DNA of 60,916 nucleotides from Chitinophaga pinensis (GCA_945860565.1 CAMAQS010000005.1:1-60916); one strand, 5' to 3'; numbered from the stretch's first letter, positions 10,091-22,619 are shown. Made by a program: numbers and translations. The notes: generated from the sequence alone by a model not told the origin.

Positions 10091-11568
10091 TAAGACTTAG
10101 CAAAAACAACTCTTTGAGTTGAAGGTTTTCCGCTAAAAACACAGTTCCCTGTTTCACCATATTCATCTTTAAGTGGAATACATCTAATGGTGGCTTTCGT
10201 CATATTCTTAATGGTTTCCTCAGTTTCGGATGTACCATCCCAATGAGCAATTGCAAATCCCTTTTTTATATTTATTACATCTAAAAATTCTTCCCAATTA
10301 CTTACCAAAAAATATTTGTCATTTCTGTATTTCAATGCCTTTTGATACAAGTTATCTTGAATGTCTACCAATAAATTCAAGATATGATCACTCAATTTAC
10401 TTAAATCTACAATCTCCTTGGTTTTTAGATCGCGTCTTGCAACCTCAATGGAATTATTTGCTAAATCTCGTGGTCCCAATGCCAACCGAACTGGAATGCC
10501 TTTTTGCTCCCATTCTGCAAATTTATATCCTGGTTTATAGGAATCCCTATCATCAATTTTAACAAAAATTCCTTTCTTTTTAAGTTCAATGGACACTTCC
10601 TTTAATTTGCTATTCACCAATTCAAATTCCTCCATTGATTTGTAAATTGGAATACAAACAACTTGAATATGTGCGAGTTTGGGTGGAATTACAAGACCTT
10701 CATCATCAGAATGTACCATAATCAATGCGCCCATTAACCTGGTAGATACTCCCCAACTAGTGGCCCAAACAAAATCAAGTTTTCCCTCTTTATTCTGAAA
10801 TTTTACATCAAAGGCTTTTGCGAAATTTTGACCTAAAAAATGAGATGTACCCATCTGTAGTGCCTTTCCATCCTGCATCATCCCTTCAATACAATAAGTT
10901 TCATCAGCACCCGCAAACCGTTCATTTGCAGTTTTTTTACCTTTTATAACCGGAATGGCCATAAACTCCTCCGAAAACTCAGCATAAACATCTAACATTT
11001 GTTCCGTCTCAATTATTGCTTCCTCTTTTGTAGCATGTGCCGTATGTCCTTCTTGCCATAAAAATTCAGCGGTCCGCAAAAATAACCTTGTTCTCATTTC
11101 CCATCGAACAACATTTGCCCATTGGTTAATCAAAATTGGTAAATCTCTATAGCTCTGAATCCAATTTTTGAACGTATTCCATATAATTGCTTCTGAAGTT
11201 GGTCTAACTACCAATTCTTCTGTTAATTTAGAATCTGGATCTGGTATTAATCCACCCTTTCTATTTGGATCTGGGATTAATCTATAGTGCGTAACTATTG
11301 CACACTCCTTAGCAAAGCCTTCTGCATTTTTTTCTTCCTTCTCAAATAAACTCTTTGGAACGAACAAAGGGAAATAAGCATTACTATGACCCGTTTCTTT
11401 GAACATTTTATCCAACTGTTGTTGCATTTTTTCCCAAATTGCATATCCATGGGGCTTTATTACCATACAACCTTTTACTGCACTGTGTTCAGCTAAATCC
11501 GCATTCTCAACAATGTTGTTATACCATTCACTATAATTATCTTCTCTTTTAACCTTTTCGAAAGCCAT
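10087..11568 (-). CDS. proS: Proline--tRNA ligase, archaeal/eukaryotic-like type
   Basis: 493 aa. The N-terminus ...[36 protein letters not shown]... and the C-terminal Zn-binding-type domain ending in ...Y are characteristic of the ProRS form lacking the bacterial insertion domain. Confidence 0.95.
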   Translation of the reverse strand: MAFEKVKREDNYSEWYNNIVENADLAEHSAVKGCMVIKPHGYAIWEKMQQQLDKMFKETGHSNAYFPLFVPKSLFEKEEKNAEGFAKECAIVTHYRLIPDPNRKGGLIPDPDSKLTEELVVRPTSEAIIWNTFKNWIQSYRDLPILINQWANVVRWEMRTRLFLRTAEFLWQEGHTAHATKEEAIIETEQMLDVYAEFSEEFMAIPVIKGKKTANERFAGADETYCIEGMMQDGKALQMGTSHFLGQNFAKAFDVKFQNKEGKLDFVWATSWGVSTRLMGALIMVHSDDEGLVIPPKLAHIQVVCIPIYKSMEEFELVNSKLKEVSIELKKKGIFVKIDDRDSYKPGYKFAEWEQKGIPVRLALGPRDLANNSIEVARRDLKTKEIVDLSKLSDHILNLLVDIQDNLYQKALKYRNDKYFLVSNWEEFLDVINIKKGFAIAHWDGTSETEETIKNMTKATIRCIPLKDEYGETGNCVFSGKPSTQRVVFAKSY

Positions 11569-11600
11569 ATCTGATGCAAAATTAACTAAATATAATAAAC

Positions 11601-14600
11601 TTATCTTAGTAAAGTGACATCTCCTTTTAAGATATACTTCTGGCCATCAGTTCCCCTTACATCACACTTATATATATATATTCCTTCTTGACAAGCGTCT
11701 CCATTAAAAGTACCATTCCAACCATCGTTACATGAGTTACTCTCATAAATCTTTTCTCCCCACCGATTGTAAATTCTTAACCAATAATCCGCGATAAAAA
11801 CACCTTCAGGTTTATACGTTTCATTTAAGTCATCAAAATTTGGAGTAAATGCATTTGGTATAAATACCTTTGTTTGTATGTTTGGTTTCGAAACATTACT
11901 TACACTGTTTAAATACCAAAAACTATCTACAGGAAAGGGCCTATTGGGTATAGCTGTAATTCGGTATTCAAGTGTTTTTCTGCAATTTAAATTTATCAAT
12001 TCATCAATATAGATTGTATCAAAGGGCGAAACTCGTGCAATTTCATGAAATTCACTATTTTCATTTATTTCAATTTTATATTCTTTGATTCCAAATGTCC
12101 ATAATCCATATTTATTCCATGTTAATATTGGATTTAGCCTTTCATTTAGCGACGTCCTTAATACCATAGTTTTGGCAAAATCAGTAAATTTACTACTATC
12201 ACCACATATATCTAAAGCGAGAACTCTGTAATTATAGGATTGATTATCAACATCGACCAAAAAATCATTAAAAGTAAAACTATCTGTTCTCGCTGTAATA
12301 TTCCACCACTTCTGATGGTTCAGTTGATGTTCATTTCTACGAATCACATACCTTTCCAATGGCACTTTGTTCTGTTGAAACTGATCCCAACTAATATTGA
12401 CAAATTTATCAGACAATACTGAGGCACGTCGAATAACGGGTGGTTGAACTGTGTTTATGTATATCGGCTTAACCCTACAGGTATCACTCCAACTTTTTTC
12501 CATTAATCCACCTTTCTCAACTGCCAATACCCTATATAAATAAACCTTATGACAGGTTATAGAGCTATCAACAAAATAATTTACATTTCCATCAACTTGT
12601 CCAATAGAATCAAATTGATAGTTTTCATTCTGCCGAAAAACCAAATATCTATCTGCTTCCCATCCCAAATAATGCGTCCAACTTAATAAACTTGCATTAA
12701 TTGCAGGCTTTCCCCTTAACTCTATCGTGCAATGACTTACCAAATCCAAATTGTCAGATTCTATATTACACAAGTTTTTTACACCTATTTTATAACAATC
12801 CACCCTTTTTAATGCATCTACACCCGTCAACTTAAAAATAGTATCGGAAATGTTCGAAATTGATACAAATCGATTAAACCCAATGCCTCCAATATCTCTA
12901 AATAACTGATACTCCAAAAAATCAAAACTAGGAAATCTGCGCCACACCAATTCATGGGTTATATCGTTGTCTACTGATACCTTTCTCCAAACTGGATTCG
13001 TTTGAATTAGCGTATCTCCAACAGAAATTAACTTAGAATATTTCAACGTATCCCAACAACCTAAAGAATCTTCGATATAGTACTGAATTCTATATTGATT
13101 CGTTTCATTTGGCAAGAATTCAAATACAACTGTGTCGGCAAACACTTTTCCATTTAAAAGCCAAAATTTCTTATTAATGGGGATATCGGATTCCAAAAAT
13201 CTTTGAGCACGCCATTTATTGCCCAAACAAATTGTGTCCCTATTTGAAATTACTTGAATTTTTGGCTGATACAATTTTATGGTTTGATAGTTGGTATCCT
13301 TACAACCAAAACTTGTTTCAACATAATGTCCAACAACTGAACTTTTATCAGAAAATAAATGTTTAAAACCAACTTTATCAGAAACAACCGCGTTGTTTAA
13401 TAACCAATTATAAGATTTAATCTCACCGTCGTTTGATATAGCTTGCGAAACAAACTCAATAGAATCGCGTAAACAGTTCCCCAATTTAGTGAACTCCACC
13501 TTTGGTAAATCATTTACAATTATCGTATCTACAGGTTTAATTGCTCTTTTACATCCAAACGAATCCGTGAGTATCATAGAGGGAATATACTTACCTGGTT
13601 TCGAATATAAATGATTGAATATTTCTCCTTCGCTAACCACGCCATCTCCAAAATCCCATTCTTGTTTAGCCGTTTGATAATTGACAGATGATTCAAAATT
13701 GACTTTTAAAGGCAAACAACCAACCTTAGGATAAAAATCAAATGTACCATCAGGTCCCGGCACCAAAATTAGATCAATAAATTTTTTGGAATATACACAA
13801 CCCAAAGAGTCAGTAATTGTTAAAGTAACGGAATATTTTCCAGGTGATAAATATTGATGGGAGGGATTTTTTAGACTGCTAAAACTATTGTCACCAAAAT
13901 CCCAAAGCCACTTTCTTAATGAAACACCGTAACTTATACTCGAATCTCTAAAATGCGCTGTAATTGGCGGGCATTTATTCCCTTCGAGTGTATAATTTAA
14001 TCGCATTTTCACACGGGTGCCTGGGTAAAATATTGTCTTTTCCTGCTCAGCTTCACACCCCAATGAGTCTTTCACTTTAACTTTAACTTTATAATATCCA
14101 GAATCTTTGTAAGAATGACTTATATACTGAGATGAATAAAGTTTTGAATCACCCATATCCCAAGAATAGGTAAATTTCTTTTGAGGATTCTTTAAACTAA
14201 GCGATCCAGTGTATAAACTAGTAGAACAACCATAATCCCATTTAGAATTCAATCTAAATCCTGGTCCTTTTATATAAATTGGAATTACATCAGAGCCATT
14301 ACAAAGACCCATTCCAGAATTAGAAAAAAGTTGTGCATAAATTGTATCGCTCATGGAATTCAAAAGTTTGAATTTTTGAATTTTGTTATTCATTCTAATA
14401 GTATCACCATTAGATAATACCCAATAATGACTATGTTTTAAATTAAAGTTACTGTCTACCAATTCGATATCTGCCGGCAAACATCCTTCAGGACCTTTTA
14501 TTGATCCAGATAAATTTCCTTCTCCTACATTAAACTGTAAAGATCTATTAAGTATGCAATCTTCTCCGTAAACCAATACTGCCTGAACAGTGTATATGCC

Positions 14601-16895
14601 CGCAGTATCAAATCCAACAGTCAATGGATACTTATCATAAATAGTATCTCCATTAACAACCCAATAATAAAATTCGGGGAATCCAACGCCATCTAAAACC
14701 GCAAAACCTGGAGAACATAATTCTTGTGATAAAATCCTAATGCGCGCATTTTGACCACCACTTGGCCAATGAAGGTATTTTATAGTATCCCAGCAACCAC
14801 TGGTATCGTCTTTTACATACAATTGAATTTCATGAAACTGAGATTCCTTTAAAACAATGGTATCTGATGTGTAGTTAACACCGTTAATTGTCCAAAACCA
14901 TTTATTGTACTTACTTGATCTATTAATTAACATCAATCTATCATCGTTGCAAATATTTGCATCCATTTCAAATTGCGCATAAGCAGCAACTATGTGAATG
15001 GAGTCCTTCTGTTCAAGCGTATCTCCACACCCGTGGTGATAAGATACTAATTTCGGATTAACACCCCCAGTATCGCGATCATAACGATGATAAACATTTG
15101 ATTTTGAATAGGTATTTGGAATAGTATCTTTCCAAGGTTTTTGAAATTTAAGTGTATTATTAGATTCATTATCATTAAATACCCATTTAAAACTATCAAT
15201 TAGAAATCCCGGATATCGCGTAGTATTGATAAATTGAACGGCTGTTGTATTGTTACAAATATTACCTGTCGGCTGTGTGTAAAAACTTGGTTCCGCCTTT
15301 TGTCCAACATGAATTTTTTTACTCCGTTTAGTCCAACAATTTGGAGAAGCACAAACCCAATAATCCACATTAAATATTCCAGTATCATAAAACATTTTAG
15401 AGAACTTTCCTCCAAAAATGGTATCACCTTTGCCGAAATCCCAAAACTGCTTAATTATTTTTCTGTTGGAAGAAATAATCATTTCTCCATTTGCTTCAAG
15501 GTCTTTACAGCCTTCATATGTACCAATAAGTTTTACTATTGTTTGATTACCGCTGATATCATTATATGTAAAGGAATCTTTACAACCATCCTTACTTATT
15601 ACTACGACACGGATGTCATGTGAACTCACATTTGCAATTGTGATATCCTCCGGATTTTTATTGCCTCTAAAAAGTGTATTCTTGGCAGTATCTATGGTAT
15701 ACCATGATATTGATTGAGGCGCAAAACTATCCAAATAATTTACCTTAATTGTATAAGGTGCGCTGCATGGAAATGAATCGGATAATGCAATTTTGCCTTT
15801 AGGTAGCCTATTTATTTTCATCAACTTAGGCTTTGTAATTGTGGCTGAGCAATTTCTAAATGCAGATTGAATGGTAAGTGTTACAGTATATTCTCCAGGT
15901 AAAATATACTTCTTGGATGGGTAAGCCAATGATGAACTTGTTCCGTCGCCAAAATCCCAAGAGAATTTTAATCCCCCATTAAATGTGCTGGAATTAATAA
16001 AATTAACGGCCATTGGACCACAATTTAATGTTCTATCTGCAGAAAAATCCGCTTTAAGTGGACCTAAAAAAACCGCGTTCAACTTGGTTATTGAATCTTT
16101 ACAACCGTTTATATCAGTAACAACCAATTTAGGAGAATAAGTTCCTAAGCTAGTGTATCTAACTCTTGGATGTTTTATTGTTGATTTTTGTCCATCGTTA
16201 AAGTCCCATTGATACGTTAAATTCGTCCCAGTACTTAAATTAAAGAAGGGAATAAAAGTGGGGACAACACAATCAAAAGCAGAATCTATAGAGAAATTGG
16301 CTTTAGGCTTTGGATGAATCTCTATTAAATTACTTTTCTTTATTTTGTCCTGACAACCATTTGCATCGGTAACAATCATGGAAGGCGAAAACAAACCATC
16401 GATGGAATATTTATGCGATGGATTTTTCGAATTGGTTATTGAACCATCACCAAAATCCCATGCCGTTTTAACAATTACTGTATCACCAATAGAACTTAAA
16501 TCAGAAAAGACAATATTATTCCCTAAACAAGTTGTGCTAAAATTGGTGCTGAAATTAGCAGTTGGAAGTTTAAAAGCATGAACAAAATTATTTTTTAACA
16601 AAACGGTTTTCTTACCATTTGAATCCCAAACTGTTAATTGGATTGTATACTTACCTGGATTATAATAAATTGCGGCTGGGTTCTGTAATGTGGAAGTATT
16701 GCCATTACCCAAATCCCATTCCCATCTTACTGAATTTGTAGTTAAATCACTAAAATTAACTGTTAATGGGGTACACCCTTTTTGAGGGGAAGCAGAAAAA
16801 TCAAATTGCGCTAATGAAATATCACATATGAGAATTAAAAAAAGTATAAGACTAATTTTTTTAAAACACCTTTTTATGATATCAATTATTAACAT
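11601..16895 (-). CDS. Giant cell-surface protein: multiple PKD modules, Fn3-like modules, T9SS type-B (gliding-motility) C-terminal sorting domain
   Basis: 1764 aa with a signal peptide. At least eight WDFGDG-type PKD signatures ([62 protein letters not shown]). Four Fn3-like modules ([29 protein letters not shown]). The C-terminus [19 protein letters not shown]...[12 protein letters not shown]...WNGTFNG...GIYIYK fits the type-B CTD. Confidence 0.85.
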   Translation of the reverse strand: MLIIDIIKRCFKKISLILFLILICDISLAQFDFSASPQKGCTPLTVNFSDLTTNSVRWEWDLGNGNTSTLQNPAAIYYNPGKYTIQLTVWDSNGKKTVLLKNNFVHAFKLPTANFSTNFSTTCLGNNIVFSDLSSIGDTVIVKTAWDFGDGSITNSKNPSHKYSIDGLFSPSMIVTDANGCQDKIKKSNLIEIHPKPKANFSIDSAFDCVVPTFIPFFNLSTGTNLTYQWDFNDGQKSTIKHPRVRYTSLGTYSPKLVVTDINGCKDSITKLNAVFLGPLKADFSADRTLNCGPMAVNFINSSTFNGGLKFSWDFGDGTSSSLAYPSKKYILPGEYTVTLTIQSAFRNCSATITKPKLMKINRLPKGKIALSDSFPCSAPYTIKVNYLDSFAPQSISWYTIDTAKNTLFRGNKNPEDITIANVSSHDIRVVVISKDGCKDSFTYNDISGNQTIVKLIGTYEGCKDLEANGEMIISSNRKIIKQFWDFGKGDTIFGGKFSKMFYDTGIFNVDYWVCASPNCWTKRSKKIHVGQKAEPSFYTQPTGNICNNTTAVQFINTTRYPGFLIDSFKWVFNDNESNNTLKFQKPWKDTIPNTYSKSNVYHRYDRDTGGVNPKLVSYHHGCGDTLEQKDSIHIVAAYAQFEMDANICNDDRLMLINRSSKYNKWFWTINGVNYTSDTIVLKESQFHEIQLYVKDDTSGCWDTIKYLHWPSGGQNARIRILSQELCSPGFAVLDGVGFPEFYYWVVNGDTIYDKYPLTVGFDTAGIYTVQAVLVYGEDCILNRSLQFNVGEGNLSGSIKGPEGCLPADIELVDSNFNLKHSHYWVLSNGDTIRMNNKIQKFKLLNSMSDTIYAQLFSNSGMGLCNGSDVIPIYIKGPGFRLNSKWDYGCSTSLYTGSLSLKNPQKKFTYSWDMGDSKLYSSQYISHSYKDSGYYKVKVKVKDSLGCEAEQEKTIFYPGTRVKMRLNYTLEGNKCPPITAHFRDSSISYGVSLRKWLWDFGDNSFSSLKNPSHQYLSPGKYSVTLTITDSLGCVYSKKFIDLILVPGPDGTFDFYPKVGCLPLKVNFESSVNYQTAKQEWDFGDGVVSEGEIFNHLYSKPGKYIPSMILTDSFGCKRAIKPVDTIIVNDLPKVEFTKLGNCLRDSIEFVSQAISNDGEIKSYNWLLNNAVVSDKVGFKHLFSDKSSVVGHYVETSFGCKDTNYQTIKLYQPKIQVISNRDTICLGNKWRAQRFLESDIPINKKFWLLNGKVFADTVVFEFLPNETNQYRIQYYIEDSLGCWDTLKYSKLISVGDTLIQTNPVWRKVSVDNDITHELVWRRFPSFDFLEYQLFRDIGGIGFNRFVSISNISDTIFKLTGVDALKRVDCYKIGVKNLCNIESDNLDLVSHCTIELRGKPAINASLLSWTHYLGWEADRYLVFRQNENYQFDSIGQVDGNVNYFVDSSITCHKVYLYRVLAVEKGGLMEKSWSDTCRVKPIYINTVQPPVIRRASVLSDKFVNISWDQFQQNKVPLERYVIRRNEHQLNHQKWWNITARTDSFTFNDFLVDVDNQSYNYRVLALDICGDSSKFTDFAKTMVLRTSLNERLNPILTWNKYGLWTFGIKEYKIEINENSEFHEIARVSPFDTIYIDELINLNCRKTLEYRITAIPNRPFPVDSFWYLNSVSNVSKPNIQTKVFIPNAFTPNFDDLNETYKPEGVFIADYWLRIYNRWGEKIYESNSCNDGWNGTFNGDACQEGIYIYKCDVRGTDGQKYILKGDVTLLR

Positions 16896-17007
16896 CGGTA
16901 ACTAAGATAAGACAGAAAAAAATAGAAATTAGTTGTATGCGGTAGATTTTATAAAAAATGCAAATCTTTTAATATGAATTGCCTGTATTTTTTAAATATA
17001 AGAATTC

Positions 17008-17043
17008 AAAAAAAAGAGGCTACCTATTTTTAAGGTAGCCTCT
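17008..17043 (-). terminator. Rho-independent terminator of nrdJ
   Basis: Perfect 11-bp stem AGAGGCTACCT / AGGTAGCCTCT with a 7-nt loop. On the minus strand it is followed by an 8-nt T run. Located 25 nt downstream of the nrdJ stop. Confidence 0.8.
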
Positions 17044-17067
17044 ACTAAAGCGATATCGTAATTCAGG

Positions 17068-20000
17068 TTAGCTGCAGCCTAAACTGTTTCCACAATTTAA
17101 GCATTTATAACATGTACCACTTCTTACTGTAATATGGCCACATACATTGCATGCTGGAGCATCGCTTTGAACTTCCTTCAAATGATCTTGCATATCTTTA
17201 ATTCCGTTATTCCCTGCGGCTTCTGCCTTAAACACCCTGTTCAAATCAACTGAAATAGGTTCAGGATTAAAAACAGGCTTAAATTCAGAAATAACTGGGG
17301 CTTCGGATTGTCTCAAATTTGAAATATTTTCTGAAGGTTTAACCTGAACAAGATCTTCCCTGTTCAAATATTCAAATCCTAACAATCTAAAAATATAGTC
17401 TACAATGGATGTTGCGTTCTTAACATTAGGGTGACCTTCTACCATTCCACTAGGTTCAAATCTAGTGAATGCGAATTTGTCAACAAATTCTTCAAGCGGA
17501 ACACCATATTGCAAACCAACCGAAATGGCAATTGAAAAACAGTTCATTAATGACCTGAAACTTGCTCCTTCTTTATGCATATCGATAAAAATTTCACCCA
17601 ATGTTCCGTCATCATATTCCCCAGTTCTCACAAAAATAGTTTGACCTCCAACTCTACCTTTTTGGGTAAATCCATTTCTTCTATTTGGCAATCGCTTCTT
17701 TTCTACAATATTGGACAATTGTCTCTTAAATTTCGTATCAGTACTTTCACTTAAGATGCGTTTAGCTGCTTCTAAAACTATTTCAGGTGTTAGTTCTTCT
17801 GCAACACGAATTACTCTCTCAGTACCCGCTTCTTTCATTTCAGAACCATCCCTATTTTCTTCAGTGCTATCCTCTTCTTTTGTTTCAGATTTATTGCTAA
17901 GAGGTTGGCTTAACTTACAACCATCTCTATAAAGCGCATTTGCCTTTAAACCCAGTTTCCAACTCAATTCATAACAGCTCTTAATATCGTCTACAGATGC
18001 CTCGTTTGGCAAATTGATAGTTTTACTAATTGCACCAGAAATAAATGGTTGTGCTGCAGCCATCATACGAATGTGAGCAAAAGGATGAATAAATCTTACC
18101 CCTTTGTTTCCACATTTATTTGCGCAATCAAATATTGGTAAATGTTCTTCTTTTAGATTTGGAGCACCCTCTACAGTCATAGTACCAACAACGAAATCAT
18201 TGGTTTCAGCAATTTGTTGTCTGTTAAAACCTAAAGATTGTAACATGTTAAACGAAGGATGATTGAATTGAAGTTCAGAAATCCCACAACGCTCCATACA
18301 ATCTTCACCTAATGTATATTTATTAAATACAAAACCAATTTCAAATGCCATAGGAGCTGCCGCTTCTAATTTCTCTAAATCAGAATCATTAAAACCCTTA
18401 GCCTTTAAAGAGGTATGATTAATATGTGGTGCATTAATGAATGTTTGATACCCTTTCGCATAATTCACGATTGCTTCAATATCGCTTTCCGCATATCCCA
18501 AATTTTTCAATGCAATTGGAACTGTGTGATTCACAATTTTAAAATAGCCACCGCCAGATAATTTTTTATACTTTACCAAGGCAAAATCAGGCTCAATTCC
18601 TGTAGTGTCACAATCCATCAACAAACCAATTGTACCTGTTGGGGCTATAACAGTAGCTTGAGCATTCCTAAAACCATACTTTTCACCCCACTGTACTGCT
18701 TTGTCCCATGCAATACAAGCTGATTTTAATAAATAATCAGGACAATATTTCTCGTCAATACAAACTGGATTAACTTTTAAACCTTCAAATGCCAATGGTG
18801 TATTATAGGCTGCATATCTATGGTTTCTGATTACACGCAACATGTGTTTTTTGTTCTTCTCATACATTCTAAATGTACCTTTTGTTGCTGCCATTTCAGC
18901 ACTTGTTGCATAAGCAGTTCCGGTTAAAATAGCTGAAATCGCACCGCAAAATGCTGTTGCTTCTTTACTATCATATGGTATACCAGCGCACATTAAAACA
19001 GAACCCAAATTAGCATAACCCAATCCCAACGTTCTATAATCGTAACTTAATTGAGCTACTTCTTTACTTGGAAACTGTGCCATTAATACGCTAATTTCTA
19101 AAACGACAGTCCAAAGTCTTGATGCATATTCTAATTTATCTATATCAAAAGTACAAGTGCTTTCATTAAAAAACTTTCTTAGGTTTAAAGATGCCAAATT
19201 ACATGCTGTATTATCCAAAAACATATATTCAGAACATGGATTTGATGCATTAATCCTTCCGCCTTCTGGACAAGTATGCCATTCATTAATTGTGTCGTCA
19301 TATTGAACACCAGGATCGGCACATGCCCATGCGGCATCACCAATTTTATCCCAAACTTCTTTAGAAGGGATGGTTTTCATTACTTCACCATTAGATCTCG
19401 CAATAAGTTCCCAGTCTTCTCCTTTTTCTAATTTCTCAAAAAATGAATGTGGAATTCTTACTGAGTTATTGCTATTCTGGCCTGAAACAGTGTTGTAAGC
19501 TTCTCCTTCATAATCACTTGCGTAACCAGCCTCAATTAAGGCTGCCACTTTTTTCTCTTCTTCCTTTTTCCAACCTATAAACTCCATGGCCTCTGGGTGA
19601 TCTAAATCCAAACAGACCATTTTTGCCGCTCTTCTCGTTGTACCACCACTTTTAATGGCTCCAGCTGAACGATCTCCAATTTTCAAGAAACTCATTAATC
19701 CACTCGAAGTACCTCCACCTGATAATTTTTCTCCAGATCCACGAATTTTTGAGAAATTAGTTCCAACGCCTGAACCATATTTGAAAATTCTTGCTTCTCT
19801 TACCCACAAATCCATAATTCCACCTTCATTCACCAAATCATCGTCCACCGATAATATAAAACATGCGTGAGGTTGGGGACGCTCATAAGCAGATGTCGAT
19901 TTCATCAATTTCTCAGTTAATGGATCTACAAAATAATGGCCTTGTGGCTTACCCGAGATTCCGTATGTTTGATGCAACCCTGTGTTAAACCATTGCGGTG

Positions 20001-20418
20001 AATTTGGTGCCGATTCTTGATTCAACATTGAATAAACCAATTCTTCATAAAACACGTTAGAGTCTTCTACTGAACCAAAATACCCATGTTTTTCACCCCA
20101 ATATCTCCAACAATCAGCCAATCTATGTACCACCTGTTTTACTGAGTTTTCCGCACCCAATGTTCCATCGACCTGAGGTACTCCAGCCTTTCTGAAATAT
20201 TTTTGCGCTAAAATATCTGTGGCCACTTGACTCCATCCATTTGGAACTTCTACATTTTTTAACTCAAATACTACACTTCCATCGGGCTTTTTAATTACAG
20301 ATGTACGAAAATCATAATCAAAAAGCTCATAAGGTGTTTTCCCCTCAACAGTATTCATCCGATTAAAACGGAGACCTGTTGAATCAATGTTTTGGTTTGG
20401 CGTAATTTTTTTTGTCAT
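17068..20418 (-). CDS. nrdJ: Adenosylcobalamin-dependent (class II) ribonucleotide reductase
   Basis: 1116 aa. Motifs include ...NSPQWFNTG..., [29 protein letters not shown] and ISKTINLP. The C-terminal Cys-rich zinc-finger tail [26 protein letters not shown] is known for class II RNRs. Collinear, with no intein-like block. Confidence 0.95.
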   Translation of the reverse strand: MTKKITPNQNIDSTGLRFNRMNTVEGKTPYELFDYDFRTSVIKKPDGSVVFELKNVEVPNGWSQVATDILAQKYFRKAGVPQVDGTLGAENSVKQVVHRLADCWRYWGEKHGYFGSVEDSNVFYEELVYSMLNQESAPNSPQWFNTGLHQTYGISGKPQGHYFVDPLTEKLMKSTSAYERPQPHACFILSVDDDLVNEGGIMDLWVREARIFKYGSGVGTNFSKIRGSGEKLSGGGTSSGLMSFLKIGDRSAGAIKSGGTTRRAAKMVCLDLDHPEAMEFIGWKKEEEKKVAALIEAGYASDYEGEAYNTVSGQNSNNSVRIPHSFFEKLEKGEDWELIARSNGEVMKTIPSKEVWDKIGDAAWACADPGVQYDDTINEWHTCPEGGRINASNPCSEYMFLDNTACNLASLNLRKFFNESTCTFDIDKLEYASRLWTVVLEISVLMAQFPSKEVAQLSYDYRTLGLGYANLGSVLMCAGIPYDSKEATAFCGAISAILTGTAYATSAEMAATKGTFRMYEKNKKHMLRVIRNHRYAAYNTPLAFEGLKVNPVCIDEKYCPDYLLKSACIAWDKAVQWGEKYGFRNAQATVIAPTGTIGLLMDCDTTGIEPDFALVKYKKLSGGGYFKIVNHTVPIALKNLGYAESDIEAIVNYAKGYQTFINAPHINHTSLKAKGFNDSDLEKLEAAAPMAFEIGFVFNKYTLGEDCMERCGISELQFNHPSFNMLQSLGFNRQQIAETNDFVVGTMTVEGAPNLKEEHLPIFDCANKCGNKGVRFIHPFAHIRMMAAAQPFISGAISKTINLPNEASVDDIKSCYELSWKLGLKANALYRDGCKLSQPLSNKSETKEEDSTEENRDGSEMKEAGTERVIRVAEELTPEIVLEAAKRILSESTDTKFKRQLSNIVEKKRLPNRRNGFTQKGRVGGQTIFVRTGEYDDGTLGEIFIDMHKEGASFRSLMNCFSIAISVGLQYGVPLEEFVDKFAFTRFEPSGMVEGHPNVKNATSIVDYIFRLLGFEYLNREDLVQVKPSENISNLRQSEAPVISEFKPVFNPEPISVDLNRVFKAEAAGNNGIKDMQDHLKEVQSDAPACNVCGHITVRSGTCYKCLNCGNSLGCS

Positions 20419-20724
20419 TTTTGTGGTTTTTTTGAGTGATCTAAAAGTTCTTGGTTAACCTAATTATTTGTGCTTTTATATTTAGGGAGAACAAATCTAT
20501 CTGAGAAAAAGAAACTTTGTTCAGGACTTTTTCCACAAAAAAGTCAACTTCTCAATAAACTAAAGGGGTAAGGATGTGGAAAGCATTTAAAACAATATCA
20601 ATCAAACAGTTAAGCCCAATCTATTGATAGTCACAACGATAGTCATTCTTATAAATTGGACAATTATTCAAAGTAAAAAATCAAAACAAAACCGTATTTT
20701 ACCGTACTTTGCAATTACAAACCC

Positions 20725-21474
20725 ATGAGTATCCTTGATTTCCTTATCCAACAAAAACAAAACCGTAAAAAAGGCTTGGCTATTTTAATTGATCCAGATC
20801 AACACAATAGCTCTACTACTGAAATTTATTACCAAGCTAAAAAATGCGGAATTGATCTTTTTTTGATAGGTGGATCTATTTTGTCTAATGGTGTTACACA
20901 GGATGTTGTTAACTCTCTAAAATCATTGGGCGCCGAAAAAGTCGTTTTGTTTCCAGGAAATGAAATCCAATTGGTCGAGAATGCCGATGCAATTTTGTTT
21001 ATGAGCTTAATTTCTGGTCGAAATCCTGAATATTTAATCGGTAAGCAAGTAATTGCTGCACCTTGGATTAAAAAACACAAAATTGAAAGTATTTCTACCG
21101 GTTACATGCTTATCGAATCTGGGAAATTAACCTCAGCATTATATATTAGTGGAACACTTCCACTGCCTTCGGATAAACCAGATATAGCTGCAGCCACGGC
21201 TATGGCAGGTGAACTTTTAGGCATGAAATTAATGTATCTTGACGCTGGTAGTGGTGCAAAAAATCCCGCCAACGCTTCAGTTATTTCTGCCATAAATTCC
21301 AATACCGATTGTTTACTTTTTGTTGGTGGTGGAATCACCAATCCAGAACAGGCAAAACTAGCTTGGGAAAATGGCGCTGACTATGTTGTAGTTGGCAATG
21401 GAATATTCGAAAATTTCAATTTGATTTCTGAGTTAGCAGATACTTTAGTTATTCAAAATTCTAATATACAATAA
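20725..21474 (+). CDS. Geranylgeranylglyceryl-phosphate synthase family protein (GGGPS/PcrB TIM-barrel prenyltransferase)
   Basis: 249 aa. Motifs LFLIGGS, YLDAGSG, FVGGGI and VVVGNGIFE align with the PcrB/GGGPS motifs (IIGGS, YLEYSG, FYGGGI, IVVGNAVYE). Confidence 0.9.
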   Translation: MSILDFLIQQKQNRKKGLAILIDPDQHNSSTTEIYYQAKKCGIDLFLIGGSILSNGVTQDVVNSLKSLGAEKVVLFPGNEIQLVENADAILFMSLISGRNPEYLIGKQVIAAPWIKKHKIESISTGYMLIESGKLTSALYISGTLPLPSDKPDIAAATAMAGELLGMKLMYLDAGSGAKNPANASVISAINSNTDCLLFVGGGITNPEQAKLAWENGADYVVVGNGIFENFNLISELADTLVIQNSNIQ

Positions 21475-22070
21475 TGACAATATTTCCATTTAAAACAATT
21501 TTCTTAAAATCCTCCCTTTCTAGAAAAACGATTGCAACAAATTTAAAAGAGAATACCTATTTGTCTGATGCAAACTTTAATAAATCCGAAACTCAAAAAG
21601 TACTATTTTATGGAGAAATTAGTGAATTTGATTTTAGTCTTGAAACCCTAAATAAAAAATCAAATATGGTTAGATTTATTCAAGGCAAAATTCTCGGAAT
21701 AGAAAATGATCTCTATTTATCCATTCAATTTGGAGCATTCAAATACAGACGGGTTTATACTTTGATGCTGCTAGTTATATGTTCATTATTGGCAACCAAT
21801 ATTTATTATTGTCTTCAAAATCCACATGGGTTTAATTATCCTGAAGAATTCTACCAGCAATATGGATACGATTATTCCGAATTTTTATTTAACCTAACCA
21901 CTCCAATATCTCTCTGTTTAACTAGTTTAACTCTTTTATTACTTCTTTATACAGTTAGCTTATCTAATAAATTTTTTAAACAAACTTCTAATACAATCCA
22001 CCATTTAAACGAACTATTTAACTCTCATATAGTTACAGCCATAGAAGTTCCTTTAATATTCAGACAATAA
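21474..22070 (+). CDS. Membrane protein of unknown function (2 predicted TM helices), translationally coupled to the GGGPS gene
   Basis: 198 aa. Its ATG shares one base with the GGGPS stop (TAATG). Two hydrophobic helices (VYTLMLLVICSLLATNIYY; ISLCLTSLTLLLLLYTV). No family recognised. Confidence 0.55.
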   Translation: MTIFPFKTIFLKSSLSRKTIATNLKENTYLSDANFNKSETQKVLFYGEISEFDFSLETLNKKSNMVRFIQGKILGIENDLYLSIQFGAFKYRRVYTLMLLVICSLLATNIYYCLQNPHGFNYPEEFYQQYGYDYSEFLFNLTTPISLCLTSLTLLLLLYTVSLSNKFFKQTSNTIHHLNELFNSHIVTAIEVPLIFRQ

Positions 22071-22619
22071 GATTTTTAAAATGTCGTTTTCCCAATTTTT
22101 GTATTTGGGAGATTCAATAATTCTTCCGAGTTCCTTTTTGCCATCATGTACAATTACAGTCGGTGCCTTTTCCAATTTCTTGTTAATTGGAAAATCAATT
22201 AACTTCATTTTATGATCTATTCTAAAATATTGAAAGTTTTTTTCTGCGAATTTTAATTCATCTAATAACTTACATAATTTAGGAATTCCTTCTCTGGTAT
22301 CGGAGCACCAATTCCCACCATACACTTCAACAAAAAATGGCATATCCATTTGTTGGATAGAATCCAAAATCAGCATTTCCGGCTGATAATTAACATATTC
22401 TTTCTTCATGGAGTTCAAAAAAATATTTATATCATTTTTGTCGGATTCTTCAGATTTTTTCAAATAAATCCCAACGTCATTTCGCAACTTTAAATATACT
22501 TTTCCTTCCATTTGTGGTAATTCCTTTTTTAAACCACAAGATAATTTTACAGTAATAATACTCATTGCTAAAACTCCAATAAAAAATACATTCAAATAAT
22601 TTTTTTTCATCCCTTTCAC
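22053..22619 (-). CDS. Thioredoxin-fold protein (single-Cys WCSDT motif), exported
   Basis: 188 aa with an N-terminal signal/anchor. GGNWCSDTREGIPKL sits in the position of a thioredoxin WCxxC motif. GTG start. The 3' end overlaps the convergent upstream ORF by 18 nt. Confidence 0.6.
   Translation of the reverse strand: MKGMKKNYLNVFFIGVLAMSIITVKLSCGLKKELPQMEGKVYLKLRNDVGIYLKKSEESDKNDINIFLNSMKKEYVNYQPEMLILDSIQQMDMPFFVEVYGGNWCSDTREGIPKLCKLLDELKFAEKNFQYFRIDHKMKLIDFPINKKLEKAPTVIVHDGKKELGRIIESPKYKNWENDILKILLSEY

Noticed and set aside
15234-15623. Numerous 60-130-aa antisense or off-frame ORFs inside long genes (for example 6898-7167, 9042-9326, 10230-10562, 12240-12422, 15200-15427, 15234-15623, 17711-17932, 19655-19870, 20829-21341, 50534-51105 and 56618-58070).
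   Set aside because: All are fully embedded in well-supported genes with strong family motifs. They have antisense-type composition and lack promoter boxes. I treat them as shadow ORFs.
17068-20418. An intein or other insertion explaining the large size (1116 aa) of NrdJ.
   Set aside because: The sequence is collinear with long-form class II RNRs, including the acidic linker before [12 protein letters not shown] and the C-terminal zinc-finger tail. There are no intein block A/B (Cys/Ser...TXXH) or terminal HN-Cys/Ser motifs.
20515-20540. GGAAAAAGTCC on the minus strand, resembling the RNase P RNA GGAAAGTCCGGGC core.
   Set aside because: The match breaks right after GTCC (GTCCTGAAC versus GTCCGGGC). 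The surrounding 300 nt lack the other conserved RNase P helices. The element sits in the nrdJ leader.
20419-20724. Cobalamin riboswitch or NrdR operator upstream of nrdJ.
   Set aside because: I found no B12-box-like GCCACTG core or the characteristic GGGAA/GGTG segments on the sense strand, and no tandem NrdR-box palindromes. In addition, an AdoCbl-dependent enzyme is not the usual target of B12 repression. This was only a by-eye scan, so a covariance-model search should confirm it.
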